64,000 bases of DNA from an uncultured Bacillota bacterium (GCA_963804645.1 CAWDRG010000002.1:64001-128000), one strand, 5' to 3'; counted from the first letter of the stretch, positions 1 through 9,956 are shown. Numbers and translations are program-made. Notes: generated by a model from the sequence alone, not told the origin.

Positions 1-115
1 CCGGTGCGCGCGCAGCGGGCAATCACGCTGAACGTGGTAAAGAGCGGTCCCAGCTCGGAGGCGCGCTCGGGCGCTCCGCCATCGTTCGGCATGTCGTGTC
101 CCCCCAACGGGCGTG

Positions 116-1903
116 CTAGACAGCCTGCGCGTACGATTCACCGCGGATGTCCGCGCCCGCCTCGAGCACGCCGTTTGCCAGCATGCGAACGACGCACATC
201 GACGACTTGCGCGGGAGCTTCGGCCACAGCCGGACCTTATGCCCGCGGCGCTCCAATGCCGCGATAACCTCCGGCGACAGCGTTTCCTCGACGGTCACCC
301 ACCCCGGGTTTGCGCGGTGGGGATAGAACGAGATCGGCATGCTGTAGGTCGTGACGCGCGGCGCCTCGACGGCCGCCTGCGCGTCGAGGCCGTACACGAG
401 CAGATTCAGGAGCGTCTGAAAGATCGCCTGCACCTGCACGTCACCGCCCGGCGTCCCGAGTCCCATGACGGGGCGCCCGTCGCGCATCACGAGCGCGGGA
501 TTCGGGGTCAGGCGCGGCCGCTTGTGCGGTGCCACGGCGCTCGGGTGGCCCGGCTCCAGGCGCGACTGACGGCCGCGGTGGGACACCGAGATCCCGAGCG
601 CCGGAACGAAGTCGCCGGACCCGCTCGGCGTCGACGAGAAGATCGTCCCGCGGCGGTCCATGACCGTGAGGTACGTCGTGTCGCCGGCGACTTCGTTGGC
701 GCGCGGCACTTCAGGATCGGCGGCGTAGTCGCGTTCCCATCCCATGCGGCCGTCCGGGCGCCCGGGAGGCGGGAGATGCGGCCACGCGCGGTCCAGCGTC
801 AGCATGGCGCGGCGGGAGGCGACGTACGGCTGCGCGAGGAGGGCGTCCATCGGCACGTCGGTAAACACGGGATCCCCGTAGAACGCCTCGCGGTCGGCAA
901 ACGCGAGCTTCAGGGTCTCGAGCACCAGATGCAGGTGGTCGGGTCCGTTGTGGGGCAAGGCGGCGAGGTCGAACCCCTCGATCAGCCGCAGCGCCTGCGC
1001 GATGACGGGGCCCTGTGACCACGGACCGCAGACGTGCACGGCGTAGCCGAAGACGTTCGCGATGACCGGGGGCTCGAGGCGGACGTGGTACTCGGCGAGA
1101 TCCTCGTACGTCATCAACCCCCCGGTCTCGGCGCAATATCGTGCGATGTCGTGCGCCGGGGCGCCCGTGTAGAAGTAGTCGCGCGCCGCCCGAATGCTGG
1201 CCTCGCGTCCGCGGGACCGGTGGCGCGCCGCTTCGGCGACGAGCGTGTCCAGCAGGGCCGCGAGCGCGGGCTGCCGCACGAGGTCGCCCGGCTGCGGGAC
1301 GCGGCGGTTCGGCGTCAGGACGGCCGCCGTGGTCGGCTGGTCGTCGAAAAAGTCGGGGCCGAACCCGGCGTGGTAGTCGGTGAACGCCTCGTAGGCAGGG
1401 AACCCGTCCGCCGCGGCCCGCCGGGCGGGCGCGACCACGTCCGCGAGTTCCATGGTGCCCGCGCGCGCGAGCGCCGTCAGCCAGGCGTCGAGCGCCGCCG
1501 GCACGACCGACCCCGCGGTCCCGCGCGGCGGCAGCTTGCCGCCATGGTGCTGTTGGAAGTACTCGACGGTGGCGCGGGCCGGCCACCAGCCCAGGCCGTC
1601 GATGTTGTCCACGACGCGGCGCACGGGGTCGTACAGGATGATCGGCGCCTCGCCCCCGAGGTTGGCCATGTGCGGTTTGACCACGTTGAGGACCAGCCCG
1701 GCGGCCACGCCCGCGTCGACCGCGTTGCCGCCGGCGCGCAAGATCTCGTATCCGGCCTGCGAGGCCAGGTAGTGGCCGGCCGCGATCGCGCCCTCGGCGC
1801 CGCGCACCACGGGTCGGTAGGTGTGATTGCCGTCGGGCGGCCGCGCGACCATGTTGTGGATCGCGTAGGCGGCATGCTCGTCGTTCGTCGTCGACCGGTT
1901 CAT
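116..1903 (-). CDS. gamma-glutamyltransferase family (Ntn hydrolase) protein
   Basis: GGNAVDAGVA N-terminal motif, DTTYLTVMD nucleophile Thr, GTPGGDVQ oxyanion motif; ATG at 1903 preceded by AGGAGG. Confidence 0.9.
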   Translation of the reverse strand: MNRSTTNDEHAAYAIHNMVARPPDGNHTYRPVVRGAEGAIAAGHYLASQAGYEILRAGGNAVDAGVAAGLVLNVVKPHMANLGGEAPIILYDPVRRVVDNIDGLGWWPARATVEYFQQHHGGKLPPRGTAGSVVPAALDAWLTALARAGTMELADVVAPARRAAADGFPAYEAFTDYHAGFGPDFFDDQPTTAAVLTPNRRVPQPGDLVRQPALAALLDTLVAEAARHRSRGREASIRAARDYFYTGAPAHDIARYCAETGGLMTYEDLAEYHVRLEPPVIANVFGYAVHVCGPWSQGPVIAQALRLIEGFDLAALPHNGPDHLHLVLETLKLAFADREAFYGDPVFTDVPMDALLAQPYVASRRAMLTLDRAWPHLPPPGRPDGRMGWERDYAADPEVPRANEVAGDTTYLTVMDRRGTIFSSTPSGSGDFVPALGISVSHRGRQSRLEPGHPSAVAPHKRPRLTPNPALVMRDGRPVMGLGTPGGDVQVQAIFQTLLNLLVYGLDAQAAVEAPRVTTYSMPISFYPHRANPGWVTVEETLSPEVIAALERRGHKVRLWPKLPRKSSMCVVRMLANGVLEAGADIRGESYAQAV

Positions 1904-1952
1904 CGCCCGTCCTCCTGTTCGTGTGTCCCCATCGCCGCGGTGGCCGGTTGGG

Positions 1953-2831
1953 TTAGACGTTGCCGCGCAGCCTCGGATCGAACGCATCGCGCAGGCCGTC
2001 TCCCAACAGGTTGGAGCCGAGCACCAGCAGCGCGATCGCGAGCCCCGGACCCAGGCTCACCCACGGGGCCGTGGTCAGGACGACCATCCCGTCGTTCACC
2101 ATCAGTCCCCACGACGGCGTGGGCGGGGGCGGCCCCAGGCCGAGGAAGCTCAGGCCCGCTTCGACGAGGATCGCATCGCCGACCGTGAGGCTGGCCAGGA
2201 CGAGGAGCGGCGCCAGCACGTTGGGGAGAATGTGGACGGCGATGACCCGTCGGTTCGTGTTCCCGACGACGCGCGCCGCGAGCACGTATTCTTTCTCGCG
2301 CTCCTCGAGGACCTGCCCGCGCGTCAGGCGCGCGAACACCGGCGTGACGGCCAGGCCGACGGCGAGCACGACGCCGATCTGGGACGGGCCGAGCGTCGCG
2401 ATGACGAAGATCGCCGACAGATACAGTGGAAACGCCAGCATCGTGTCGACTACGCGGCCGATCACCCCGTCGACCCAGCCGCGGTAATACCCCGCGGCCA
2501 ATCCCAACAGCGCTCCCTGGACGGCGCCGACGAGCACCGCGCCGAGCCCCGTGACCAGCGACAGCCGCGCGCCCCACACCGTGCGGCTCAGCAGGTCACG
2601 GCCCAGCCGGTCGGTGCCGAGCCAGTGTGCGATCGTCGGCGGCTGATTCTGATCGAGCAGGTGCTGCTGCAGGGGGTCGTACGGGGCCAGCGCCGGCGCG
2701 AGCAGCGCCACCAGGACGATCCCGAGCGTCACCGCGAGCCCGAACACCGCCCCGCGCGAGCGCAGCAGGGTGCGCGCGGCCAGGCGAAGCGGCGAGGACG
2801 CCGCGCGGCGCGAGCCGGCGTCGCTACGCAT
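1953..2831 (-). CDS. dppC: peptide/nickel ABC transporter permease (DppC/OppC type)
   Basis: HWLGTDRLGRD, EYVLAARVVG (EAA loop), HILPN, GDGLRDAFDP motifs. Confidence 0.93.
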   Translation of the reverse strand: MRSDAGSRRAASSPLRLAARTLLRSRGAVFGLAVTLGIVLVALLAPALAPYDPLQQHLLDQNQPPTIAHWLGTDRLGRDLLSRTVWGARLSLVTGLGAVLVGAVQGALLGLAAGYYRGWVDGVIGRVVDTMLAFPLYLSAIFVIATLGPSQIGVVLAVGLAVTPVFARLTRGQVLEEREKEYVLAARVVGNTNRRVIAVHILPNVLAPLLVLASLTVGDAILVEAGLSFLGLGPPPPTPSWGLMVNDGMVVLTTAPWVSLGPGLAIALLVLGSNLLGDGLRDAFDPRLRGNV

Positions 2832-3762
2832 AGGCGATGCGGGGATCGACCAGACTGTACGCGATGTCGACGAGCGCGTTCACGACGATGACGATCACGA
2901 GGAACACGACGAGCGTGCCTTGGATCTGCGGCAGGTCGCGCGCCAGCACGGCATCGACCAGGAGCTTCCCGATGCCGGGCCGGCTGAACACCACCTCGAC
3001 GATCGCGGTTCCGGCGAGCAGGTGCCCGATTGTCACCCCGAGGATCGTGATCACGGGCAGCAGACTGTTGCGGAGGGCATGCCGGTACAGGACCGCTCGC
3101 CGCGTGGCGCCCTTCGCGCGGGCCGTCCGGACGAAGTCGAGCCCGAGGACGTTGAGCAGCGACGATCGTGAGATGCGCGAGAGGAGCGCACCGGTCCGCA
3201 GGCCCAGGACGAGCGCCGGCAGGACCAGACCGCGCAGCGTCTCGAGCGGGCCCCCCGCCCCGCCCCCGATCATCGGAAACCACCCGAGCTCGAAGGAAAA
3301 CACCAGCAGCAGAGCGAGCCCCAGCACAAAGCTCGGCACACAGATCGCGAGCAGCGCTCCCCCCATCGTCAGGAAGTCGAGGGCGCGTCCGCGGTGGAGC
3401 GCAGCGGCCATGCCGAGCGGGATCCCGAGCCCCACGGAGACGATCGTGGCAGCCGCCGCGAGCTGCGCCGTGGCCGGGAACTGTCCGGCGATGATGTGCG
3501 CGACGGGCTGCTCGGAGCGAAACGACGTGCCGAGCCGTCCGGTCGCGAGGTTGCCCATAAAGCCGAGATACTGGGCCACGAGCGGGTGGTTGAGTCCGAG
3601 CCGGATCCGCATCGCGGCGGCCGTCTCGGGCGTAAACTGGTCTTGGAGCAGCGCGGCGACCGGATCGCCCGGCATGAGGTGCACCATGAAAAAGATCACG
3701 GTCGCACCGGCCAACACCGTCGCGAGCGACGCCGCCAGCCGGTAGGTGCAGTAGCGCAGCAC
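2824..3762 (-). CDS. dppB: peptide/nickel ABC transporter permease (DppB/OppB type)
   Basis: MPGDP, DFVRTARAKG, HALRNSL, VDPRI motifs; overlaps dppC start. Confidence 0.93.
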   Translation of the reverse strand: MLRYCTYRLAASLATVLAGATVIFFMVHLMPGDPVAALLQDQFTPETAAAMRIRLGLNHPLVAQYLGFMGNLATGRLGTSFRSEQPVAHIIAGQFPATAQLAAAATIVSVGLGIPLGMAAALHRGRALDFLTMGGALLAICVPSFVLGLALLLVFSFELGWFPMIGGGAGGPLETLRGLVLPALVLGLRTGALLSRISRSSLLNVLGLDFVRTARAKGATRRAVLYRHALRNSLLPVITILGVTIGHLLAGTAIVEVVFSRPGIGKLLVDAVLARDLPQIQGTLVVFLVIVIVVNALVDIAYSLVDPRIAYA

Positions 3763-3780
3763 GGGCGGCCGCTCCTCAGC

Positions 3781-5355
3781 TTACCGCGACACGGACCACT
3801 GCCAGGCGTTGAAGATGAGCAACTGCAGCTGCACCCCCGACAGGCGCGGGGCGTAGGCCAGCATCAGCGTCGGGTTCAGCACCGGGATGTTCGGCGCATC
3901 CTGCTCGAGCTGGCGTTGCGCGACCTGCGCGTACCGGATGCGCTCGGCGGGGTCCGTCGCGTACCGCATGCTGTCGAGCGGCGCGTCGGCCCGGTCGTAG
4001 CGGCTGAAGTTGTTCGAGCCGATGCTCTTGGAGTAGAAGGGGTCGACAAGAAACTGCTCGGGCTCCGTGCGCAGCAAGGCGAACACCAGCGCGTCGAAGT
4101 TGCCCGCGCGCGCGCGCTGGAGAAACACCGGCGTGTCGACGACGTCGACATTGAAGGTCACGCCGAGCGCCTTCCAGTTTTCCTGCGCGACCGCCGCAAG
4201 GTCCGTCTGGTCCTGGAGGCCGAGCGCCATCAGCGAGAACGTCTTTCCCGGGAACCCCGCGTCAGCCCCGGCGCTCTTGAGCAGCTGCTTCGCCTGATCC
4301 GGATTGTAATTGTAGGTGACGCCGGGCAGCGACCCCGTCACGGTCGGCGGCACCATCGTGTCGCTGAACGTGCCGAGGCCCTTGAACAGCGAATCCAAGA
4401 TCCCCAGACGGTTCAATCCGTACCACAGGGCCTGGCGGACGCGCACGTCGTTAAACGGCGCACGCGTGGTGTTGAAGGAGAAGAAGTAGGTCCGGGGCAT
4501 CGGGGCGCGCAGCACGCGGACGCCCTGCGCCGTGATCGCCTGCCGCTGCACCTCGGGAATCTGCAGGTAGCGCGCGTCGATCTCGCCGCGCCTAAGCGCC
4601 AGCAGCGCCGTCTGATCGTCTTTGACGACGCGCACGTCGATCTCGGCAATCGCGGGCGCCCCGCCGTAGTAGTCGGGGTTCGCCGTCAGCACCACCTGGG
4701 CGCCCTGCTGCCACGACGTGAACACGTACGGGCCGGAGCCGACCGGGGTCGTCTTGAGCGAGTCGGGATTCGTATCGAGAATCTTCTTGGGCACGATCAG
4801 CCCGGGTCGATAGGCCACGATCGCGGTCAGGAACGACAGCGACGGACGGTCGAGGGTAAACCGGACGGTGTACGGGTCCGGCGCGTCGATCCGCTTGACC
4901 TCCGCCAGGTCGGCGAAGAAGATCGACCCGCTCGTGCGGCTGGCGGCGCGCTGAAAGTGCGCCACCACGTCCGCGGCGGTGACCTCGCCGAGGCCGCGCT
5001 GCCACTTGACGCCGTGCCGGAGGTGGAAGGTATACACGAGCCCGTCGCTCGAAACGTCCCACTGCTGGGCGAGGTCCGGTTCGATCGTCATCGTCCCGGG
5101 CTGCACGCGCACGAGCCCGCTGAAAACGAGCGAGGCGACGGAGTAGTCGGCCGGCGCCGAGATCGCGATGGGGTCGACGTTGATGATGTCGCGGTCGTTG
5201 GAGACCACAACCCGAGTCGGCTGCGCCGGCCGGGCCGTCCCGAGGCCGGCCCCCAGCGTCGCGACGACCGCCAGGCCCGCAAGCCAGGCCCACGCGGCCC
5301 GGCGGCCGCGCCGCCCGCCGGTGTGCGGCCGAGGGTGCTCGGCGCCGCTGCTCAT
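3781..5355 (-). CDS. ABC transporter substrate-binding protein, family 5
   Basis: PDLAQQWDVSSDGLVYTFHLRHGVKW, VGSGPY, PFNDVRVRQA motifs; N-terminal signal peptide; start coupled to upstream peptidase stop. Confidence 0.92.
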   Translation of the reverse strand: MSSGAEHPRPHTGGRRGRRAAWAWLAGLAVVATLGAGLGTARPAQPTRVVVSNDRDIINVDPIAISAPADYSVASLVFSGLVRVQPGTMTIEPDLAQQWDVSSDGLVYTFHLRHGVKWQRGLGEVTAADVVAHFQRAASRTSGSIFFADLAEVKRIDAPDPYTVRFTLDRPSLSFLTAIVAYRPGLIVPKKILDTNPDSLKTTPVGSGPYVFTSWQQGAQVVLTANPDYYGGAPAIAEIDVRVVKDDQTALLALRRGEIDARYLQIPEVQRQAITAQGVRVLRAPMPRTYFFSFNTTRAPFNDVRVRQALWYGLNRLGILDSLFKGLGTFSDTMVPPTVTGSLPGVTYNYNPDQAKQLLKSAGADAGFPGKTFSLMALGLQDQTDLAAVAQENWKALGVTFNVDVVDTPVFLQRARAGNFDALVFALLRTEPEQFLVDPFYSKSIGSNNFSRYDRADAPLDSMRYATDPAERIRYAQVAQRQLEQDAPNIPVLNPTLMLAYAPRLSGVQLQLLIFNAWQWSVSR

Positions 5356-6506
5356 CGTGAATGCCCCACTTCCCACAAAGTTTCGTGCCGGGAAGTGTCG
5401 GTGAGATACCGTGCCCCGCGGTCCGTGACGAGGATCAGATCCTCGACGTGGAAGCTGTCGCGCGGCGCATCGTTGTACCCGGTTTCGATCATCATCGTCA
5501 TGCCCTCGAGCACGGGATCTTCGACCCAGGAGTAGAGCTGGGGCGTTTCGTGGGCGCCGGTGCCGATGCCGTGGCCGAGAATCGACCACTTGTACTCCAG
5601 CCCCAGGTCGCGGTACGCGCCCTGCCCCACCCGGCTGACCTCGGAAGCGGTGACGCCCGGGCGGATCGCGGCCACGATGCGCCGGTTGACCTCCGAGAGC
5701 TTCGCGTGCACATCCTTCTGATGCGGGGTCGCGGGCCCGAGCACCACCTCGCGGGCGAGGTCCGAGTAGTATCCGTCGAGCATCCCGCCGAAGTCCACCT
5801 TGAGAATGCGGCTGGGCGGCACCGGCGCGTCCGTCGCTACCCCGTGAAAGCGCCCGGAGCGCTCCGCGGAGCCGAGGAAGCAGAACGCCACATAATCCGC
5901 GCCGCGCGTCAGCGTCTCGTAGCACATCTGCGCCGCGATCTTGCGCTCCGTGTCCCCGGGCCGCGCCGCCGCGAACGCCGCGTCGATCGCGTCGGCCGTG
6001 AGATTGGCGAACCGTGAGAGCAACTCGACCTCCGCCGGCGTCCGGACGGCCCGCAGGCGCTCGACGAACGGCAGGGCGTCTTCAAATTCGATCTCGGGAA
6101 ACATGGCCGCGAGCGCGCGGAGATGGTTCCCGGGAAAATGGCGCGCTTCAATACCGACCCGGCCGCGCGTGACGCGCTTCGCGCGCAGCGCGTCCGCGAC
6201 GGCGCGCACGCAGTCCGGCCCCTCGCCCTGATAGTCGCGCACGTCCGTGATGAACGTGTCGTCCGACGCTAGCGCGGCTTTACGGCGGTCCAGCACGATC
6301 AGGGCCGGGTCCCCGTCCTTCGGCCACACGACGAAATGGAACCGTTCGACCAGAAACCGCATGTCGGGATTATAGAATCCCGAGAAGTACGGGACCGAGT
6401 CTGGCGACAGCAGAATCAGCGCGTCATACGGTCCGTGCGCGATGAGATCGTAGACCCGCGCGATGTTGGTGTACTTGCCGCGCCGCGCCTTGCTGACGTC
6501 GAGCAT
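5352..6506 (-). CDS. M24 (Xaa-Pro aminopeptidase-like) metallopeptidase
   Basis: Creatinase-like N-terminus plus metal ligands VDFG, SDLAR, GHGIG, IETG, VEDL; GGAGG upstream of ATG 6506. Confidence 0.9.
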   Translation of the reverse strand: MLDVSKARRGKYTNIARVYDLIAHGPYDALILLSPDSVPYFSGFYNPDMRFLVERFHFVVWPKDGDPALIVLDRRKAALASDDTFITDVRDYQGEGPDCVRAVADALRAKRVTRGRVGIEARHFPGNHLRALAAMFPEIEFEDALPFVERLRAVRTPAEVELLSRFANLTADAIDAAFAAARPGDTERKIAAQMCYETLTRGADYVAFCFLGSAERSGRFHGVATDAPVPPSRILKVDFGGMLDGYYSDLAREVVLGPATPHQKDVHAKLSEVNRRIVAAIRPGVTASEVSRVGQGAYRDLGLEYKWSILGHGIGTGAHETPQLYSWVEDPVLEGMTMMIETGYNDAPRDSFHVEDLILVTDRGARYLTDTSRHETLWEVGHSR

Positions 6507-6930
6507 CAAGCATCCCTCCCGACCGTGGTGCGTTCCGCGTGCCGGTGCGCGCGGCATCGGGTCCCCCGCTCCTGTCCGCACGTGTTCCCGACGGCATGCC
6601 GCGCGGCGGAGACGCGTCCGCGAGGATGGCGACAATGGCTGGCGGCGAAACGCTGCTGAGTTATGGTAAACGGGACGCCGCGTCGAACTGAGGGGCGTGC
6701 CGGGCGATGTCCGCGCACGTATCACACGTGTATTGGCGGACCGCGCGTCGGTTTCCTTTCGCCGCGATCCGCGGGGGCCGCCGCCTCGGCGGCGGCCCAT
6801 CACAGGGGCTCGGGACCGCGCCGCGGAAGCACCCGTCGATCTGCGTAACGCCGCGCGCGGCCACCATACGCGGCGCGAACGCGCCGGGCTCGTGAGCGGA
6901 CGGCCGGTCCGCGGGACGGCGCCTGCGGAT

Positions 6931-7362
6931 TTACTTGATATTCCCGACGATCGCGTTGTTTGTATCGGTCACACTCTTTTCGATGTCCGACGCGGTCTGA
7001 AGAAGTTTCGACCGCAGATCCATCAGCATCTGCAGCTGCATGGAAGCCATCTCAGATATTTCGTTGTCGCTGTCCAGGTCATTTTGGAGCGTCGAGATCG
7101 CGCTCTGGACCTGAATCACAGCCAGCGGCGCAGACTCGCCGGTGAGTTGAACCGAGACCGGCGAGTTGCCCGCGGCCACCGGCACCGTGGCGCCGTCTTG
7201 GTCCTCGTAAAAGCCGGACGTGACCGACAGCCCCGACGCGGTCTCGCCATTACTGCGCACGAGGATCGCGACGCGCCCGGTTAGTTTTCGCGATGGTGCG
7301 CCCGTTCGCTTTGCCCCTGCGGCCGTCCTCCGGTCCGGTGGTGCCGTCCGTCTCGCGGTCAT
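6931..7362 (-). CDS. hypothetical protein with type III needle/filament-like C-terminal helix
   Basis: Strong AGGAGGA RBS; C-terminus LQMLMDLRSKLLQTASDIEKSVTDTNNAIVGNIK. Confidence 0.7.
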   Translation of the reverse strand: MTARRTAPPDRRTAAGAKRTGAPSRKLTGRVAILVRSNGETASGLSVTSGFYEDQDGATVPVAAGNSPVSVQLTGESAPLAVIQVQSAISTLQNDLDSDNEISEMASMQLQMLMDLRSKLLQTASDIEKSVTDTNNAIVGNIK

Positions 7363-7522
7363 CGGCGTCCTCCTGGATCGTGCGTGACGCGGGCCGCGCG
7401 GCGCGTCCCCGCGGCCGGCCCGCACCTCGTACCAGCGTAGGGTCTTCGTTCAGGTCGAGCTGTTCCCCCCTCGTCGGGGCGATGCGGCGAGGCACCTGGC
7501 GCGTCGAGTGTCCGGCCACGGC

Positions 7523-7551
7523 TTGACAGGCCCGACACACCGGCGTATTTT
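7523..7551 (+). promoter_or_regulatory. sigma70-type promoter of the ankyrin gene
   Basis: TTGACA (7523-7528), 17 nt spacer, TATTTT (7546-7551). Confidence 0.75.
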
Positions 7552-7557
7552 CTGCAT

Positions 7558-7684
7558 GGCTGGGCAAGCAGCCGCCGGACCCGCGGGAAGGGCTAAGCCC
7601 ACTTGCGCACACCGAAGACCGCTTCAGCCTCTGTGCAGCCGGAGTTGCGGGTCGTCGGCGTCGATACGCATGGAGGTGCGTATG
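7558..7684 (+). ncRNA. candidate structured cis-regulatory leader RNA
   Basis: Nested stems found by eye (7573-7584/7647-7660, 7590-7600, 7607-7636) plus hairpin ATACGCA-TGGAGG-TGCGTAT covering the SD and start codon. Confidence 0.55.
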
Positions 7685-9253
7685 CCGTCTCTGCCCGACC
7701 GTCCCAATCTTTCCCACCTCAAGAGGCAGGCGAGAAACCTGCTGCGCGGGTACCGGCGAGGAGATCCGTCCGCGGCGGCCCGCCTGCGGCAGTGGCTTCC
7801 CGCCGCGCGGGGCAAGGATGACGCCGCGCTCCGCGCCCTCGATCTCCGGCTCCACGACGCGCAGTCGTGCGTCGCTCGCGAATACGGCTTCGCGTCTTGG
7901 ACGGATCTCAAAGCGTTCGTCGATGCCCGCGCCGCGGCGCGGGCGCCGCGTGAGGAACTCCTGCGGGCGTGGCTCCCGCTGGTGTACGGGGACGGGTTTC
8001 TCCGTCCGAACCCCGTCGCCGCGGCGCGCCTGCTGGAACGCCGCCCCGATCTGATCGACACGGATCCCCTCCTCGCTTGTGCGACCGGCGATGTGCCTCG
8101 GGTGCGCGCCGCGATCGACCGCGACGCGTCCTGGGTCAACCGGCCGGGTGGCCCGCTCAACATGCCGCCCCTCGTTGCGGTGACGCACTCGGGGTTGGCG
8201 CGGCTCGCGGGATGGTCGGCCCGTCTCCTGCGCTGCACCGAGCTGCTGCTCGGCGCGGGCGCGGATCCGAATCAGTCGTGGGTCGACCCCGCGTTTCCGG
8301 CGCACCCCCTCAGCGCTCTGTACGGGGCCGCCGGTAAACTGCATCACGACGCGATGACGCGGGCGCTGCTCGATGCCGGCGCCACGCCCAACGACGGCGA
8401 ATCGCTCTACCACGCGGTGGAAAGCGCCGATCCCACCTGCGCCCGGCTGCTGCTCGACGCGGGCGCGGAGATCGAGGGCACCAACGCGCTGTTTCGCGCG
8501 CTGGACTTCGAGCCGCTCGCGCCGCTCGCGCTGCTGCTGTCCCGAGGCGCCGACCCCAACACGCGCCTGAACGGACACGCGCCGCTCCACCACGCGATTT
8601 GGCGCGGGCGGTCCGCGGACCACGTCGCCGCGCTGCTCGCCGCGGGGGCCGATCCGACCGCGTCGAACGCGGACGGCCTGACCCCGTACCGCCTCGCGCT
8701 GCGCTACGGCCACCTCGCGGTCGCGGCGCTGCTGCGGCCGCGCGGGCTCGAGGAATCGGTCGCGCCCGAGGAGGCGTTTGTCGCCGCCTGCGCGTGCGCG
8801 GACCGCGCGGCGGCGGCGGGGCTGCTCCGCCGCGACCCCGCCCTGCTCCGCCGCCTTTCCCCGGACCAACTGCGCGTGCTGCCCGACTGTGCCGCACACG
8901 GACGAGGGGACGCGGTCCGGGTCATGGTCGAACTCGGGTGGCCGGTGGACGTCCGCGGCGGTGATTGGGACGCGAGCGCCCTGAACCTCGCGGTGTTTCG
9001 GGGCGACGCCGACCTGACGGCGTGGCTGCTCGGGCACGGCGCCGACTGGCGCGCGGAACACGGGTACCACGACAACGTGATGGGCACGCTGAGCTTCGCG
9101 TCGACCACCGAGCCCGTCGAGGGCGGGGATTGGCTCGGGTGCGCCCGCGCCCTCGTGGCCGCGGGCATGCCCCGTCCACCCGCGGTCTATCGCTTTTCGG
9201 AGGAGGTCGCCGACTGTTTCGCGGACGCGGCACATGCGTCCGGACGGGGCTGA
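7682..9253 (+). CDS. ankyrin repeat protein with N-terminal LPxRPNLxHLKRQA...AREYGFASW domain
   Basis: Repeated LLxAGADPN and PLHHA ankyrin motifs; GGAGG RBS. Confidence 0.9.
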   Translation: MPSLPDRPNLSHLKRQARNLLRGYRRGDPSAAARLRQWLPAARGKDDAALRALDLRLHDAQSCVAREYGFASWTDLKAFVDARAAARAPREELLRAWLPLVYGDGFLRPNPVAAARLLERRPDLIDTDPLLACATGDVPRVRAAIDRDASWVNRPGGPLNMPPLVAVTHSGLARLAGWSARLLRCTELLLGAGADPNQSWVDPAFPAHPLSALYGAAGKLHHDAMTRALLDAGATPNDGESLYHAVESADPTCARLLLDAGAEIEGTNALFRALDFEPLAPLALLLSRGADPNTRLNGHAPLHHAIWRGRSADHVAALLAAGADPTASNADGLTPYRLALRYGHLAVAALLRPRGLEESVAPEEAFVAACACADRAAAAGLLRRDPALLRRLSPDQLRVLPDCAAHGRGDAVRVMVELGWPVDVRGGDWDASALNLAVFRGDADLTAWLLGHGADWRAEHGYHDNVMGTLSFASTTEPVEGGDWLGCARALVAAGMPRPPAVYRFSEEVADCFADAAHASGRG

Positions 9254-9357
9254 CCGGACCGTCGGGTGCGCGGATCCGACTCAGGCCACATGCGGGCAAG
9301 TGGACGTCATGCGCCGGCGACGGCGAACACTCCGACACCGATTGCTCCCCGGTCTTC

Positions 9358-9807
9358 CTAGCTTGCCAGCATCACACGCACATGTTCCGTCTCGGCACGT
9401 GCATGCTCCTCACCGGCGACCAGGACCGAGCACGATACCTTCGCTCGACCATCGTGCATTGCGGTTACCTTCGCTCGAAAGGTGAGGATGCCGTCGATCG
9501 GCACAGGTTTGACGAGATCGAGCTGCAACGAGGTTGTGCTGTAGGTGAAGTCGAGCGGCTCACGAAGCTCTCGTCCGTCAATCTTGTGTGCAGCGGCGGT
9601 CGCGGCCCACACGCCGTGACAGACCGCAATCGTGGCGATCAACCCGCCCTGCAATCGCCCGGGATGTCCGACATGGTACGGTTTCGGGCGCCACATGCAG
9701 ACGATTTCGTCACCTTGCCAATAGCTCTTGATGTGCAGCCCGTGTTCATTCAGTCGTCCGCATCCGTAACACTGCCAGTCGACCAGGTCTTGAAACGCAG
9801 GCTCCAT
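9358..9807 (-). CDS. PaaI/hotdog-fold thioesterase family protein
   Basis: CYGCG..NEHGL and G.LQGG.IAT motifs. Confidence 0.8.
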   Translation of the reverse strand: MEPAFQDLVDWQCYGCGRLNEHGLHIKSYWQGDEIVCMWRPKPYHVGHPGRLQGGLIATIAVCHGVWAATAAAHKIDGRELREPLDFTYSTTSLQLDLVKPVPIDGILTFRAKVTAMHDGRAKVSCSVLVAGEEHARAETEHVRVMLAS

Positions 9808-9956
9808 CGTTGGGGCCCCTTTCAACGTTCGACCTCAATCGCAGCGGCGAATCCTCGGCGTTGCGAGTTGGAGAGCGCTTCGCCACGCATACATCACAAG
9901 CCTCGTGGTGTATCGCCTCCATGGGGGGGTTCGGACGATCGGCACACGATCTCAAT

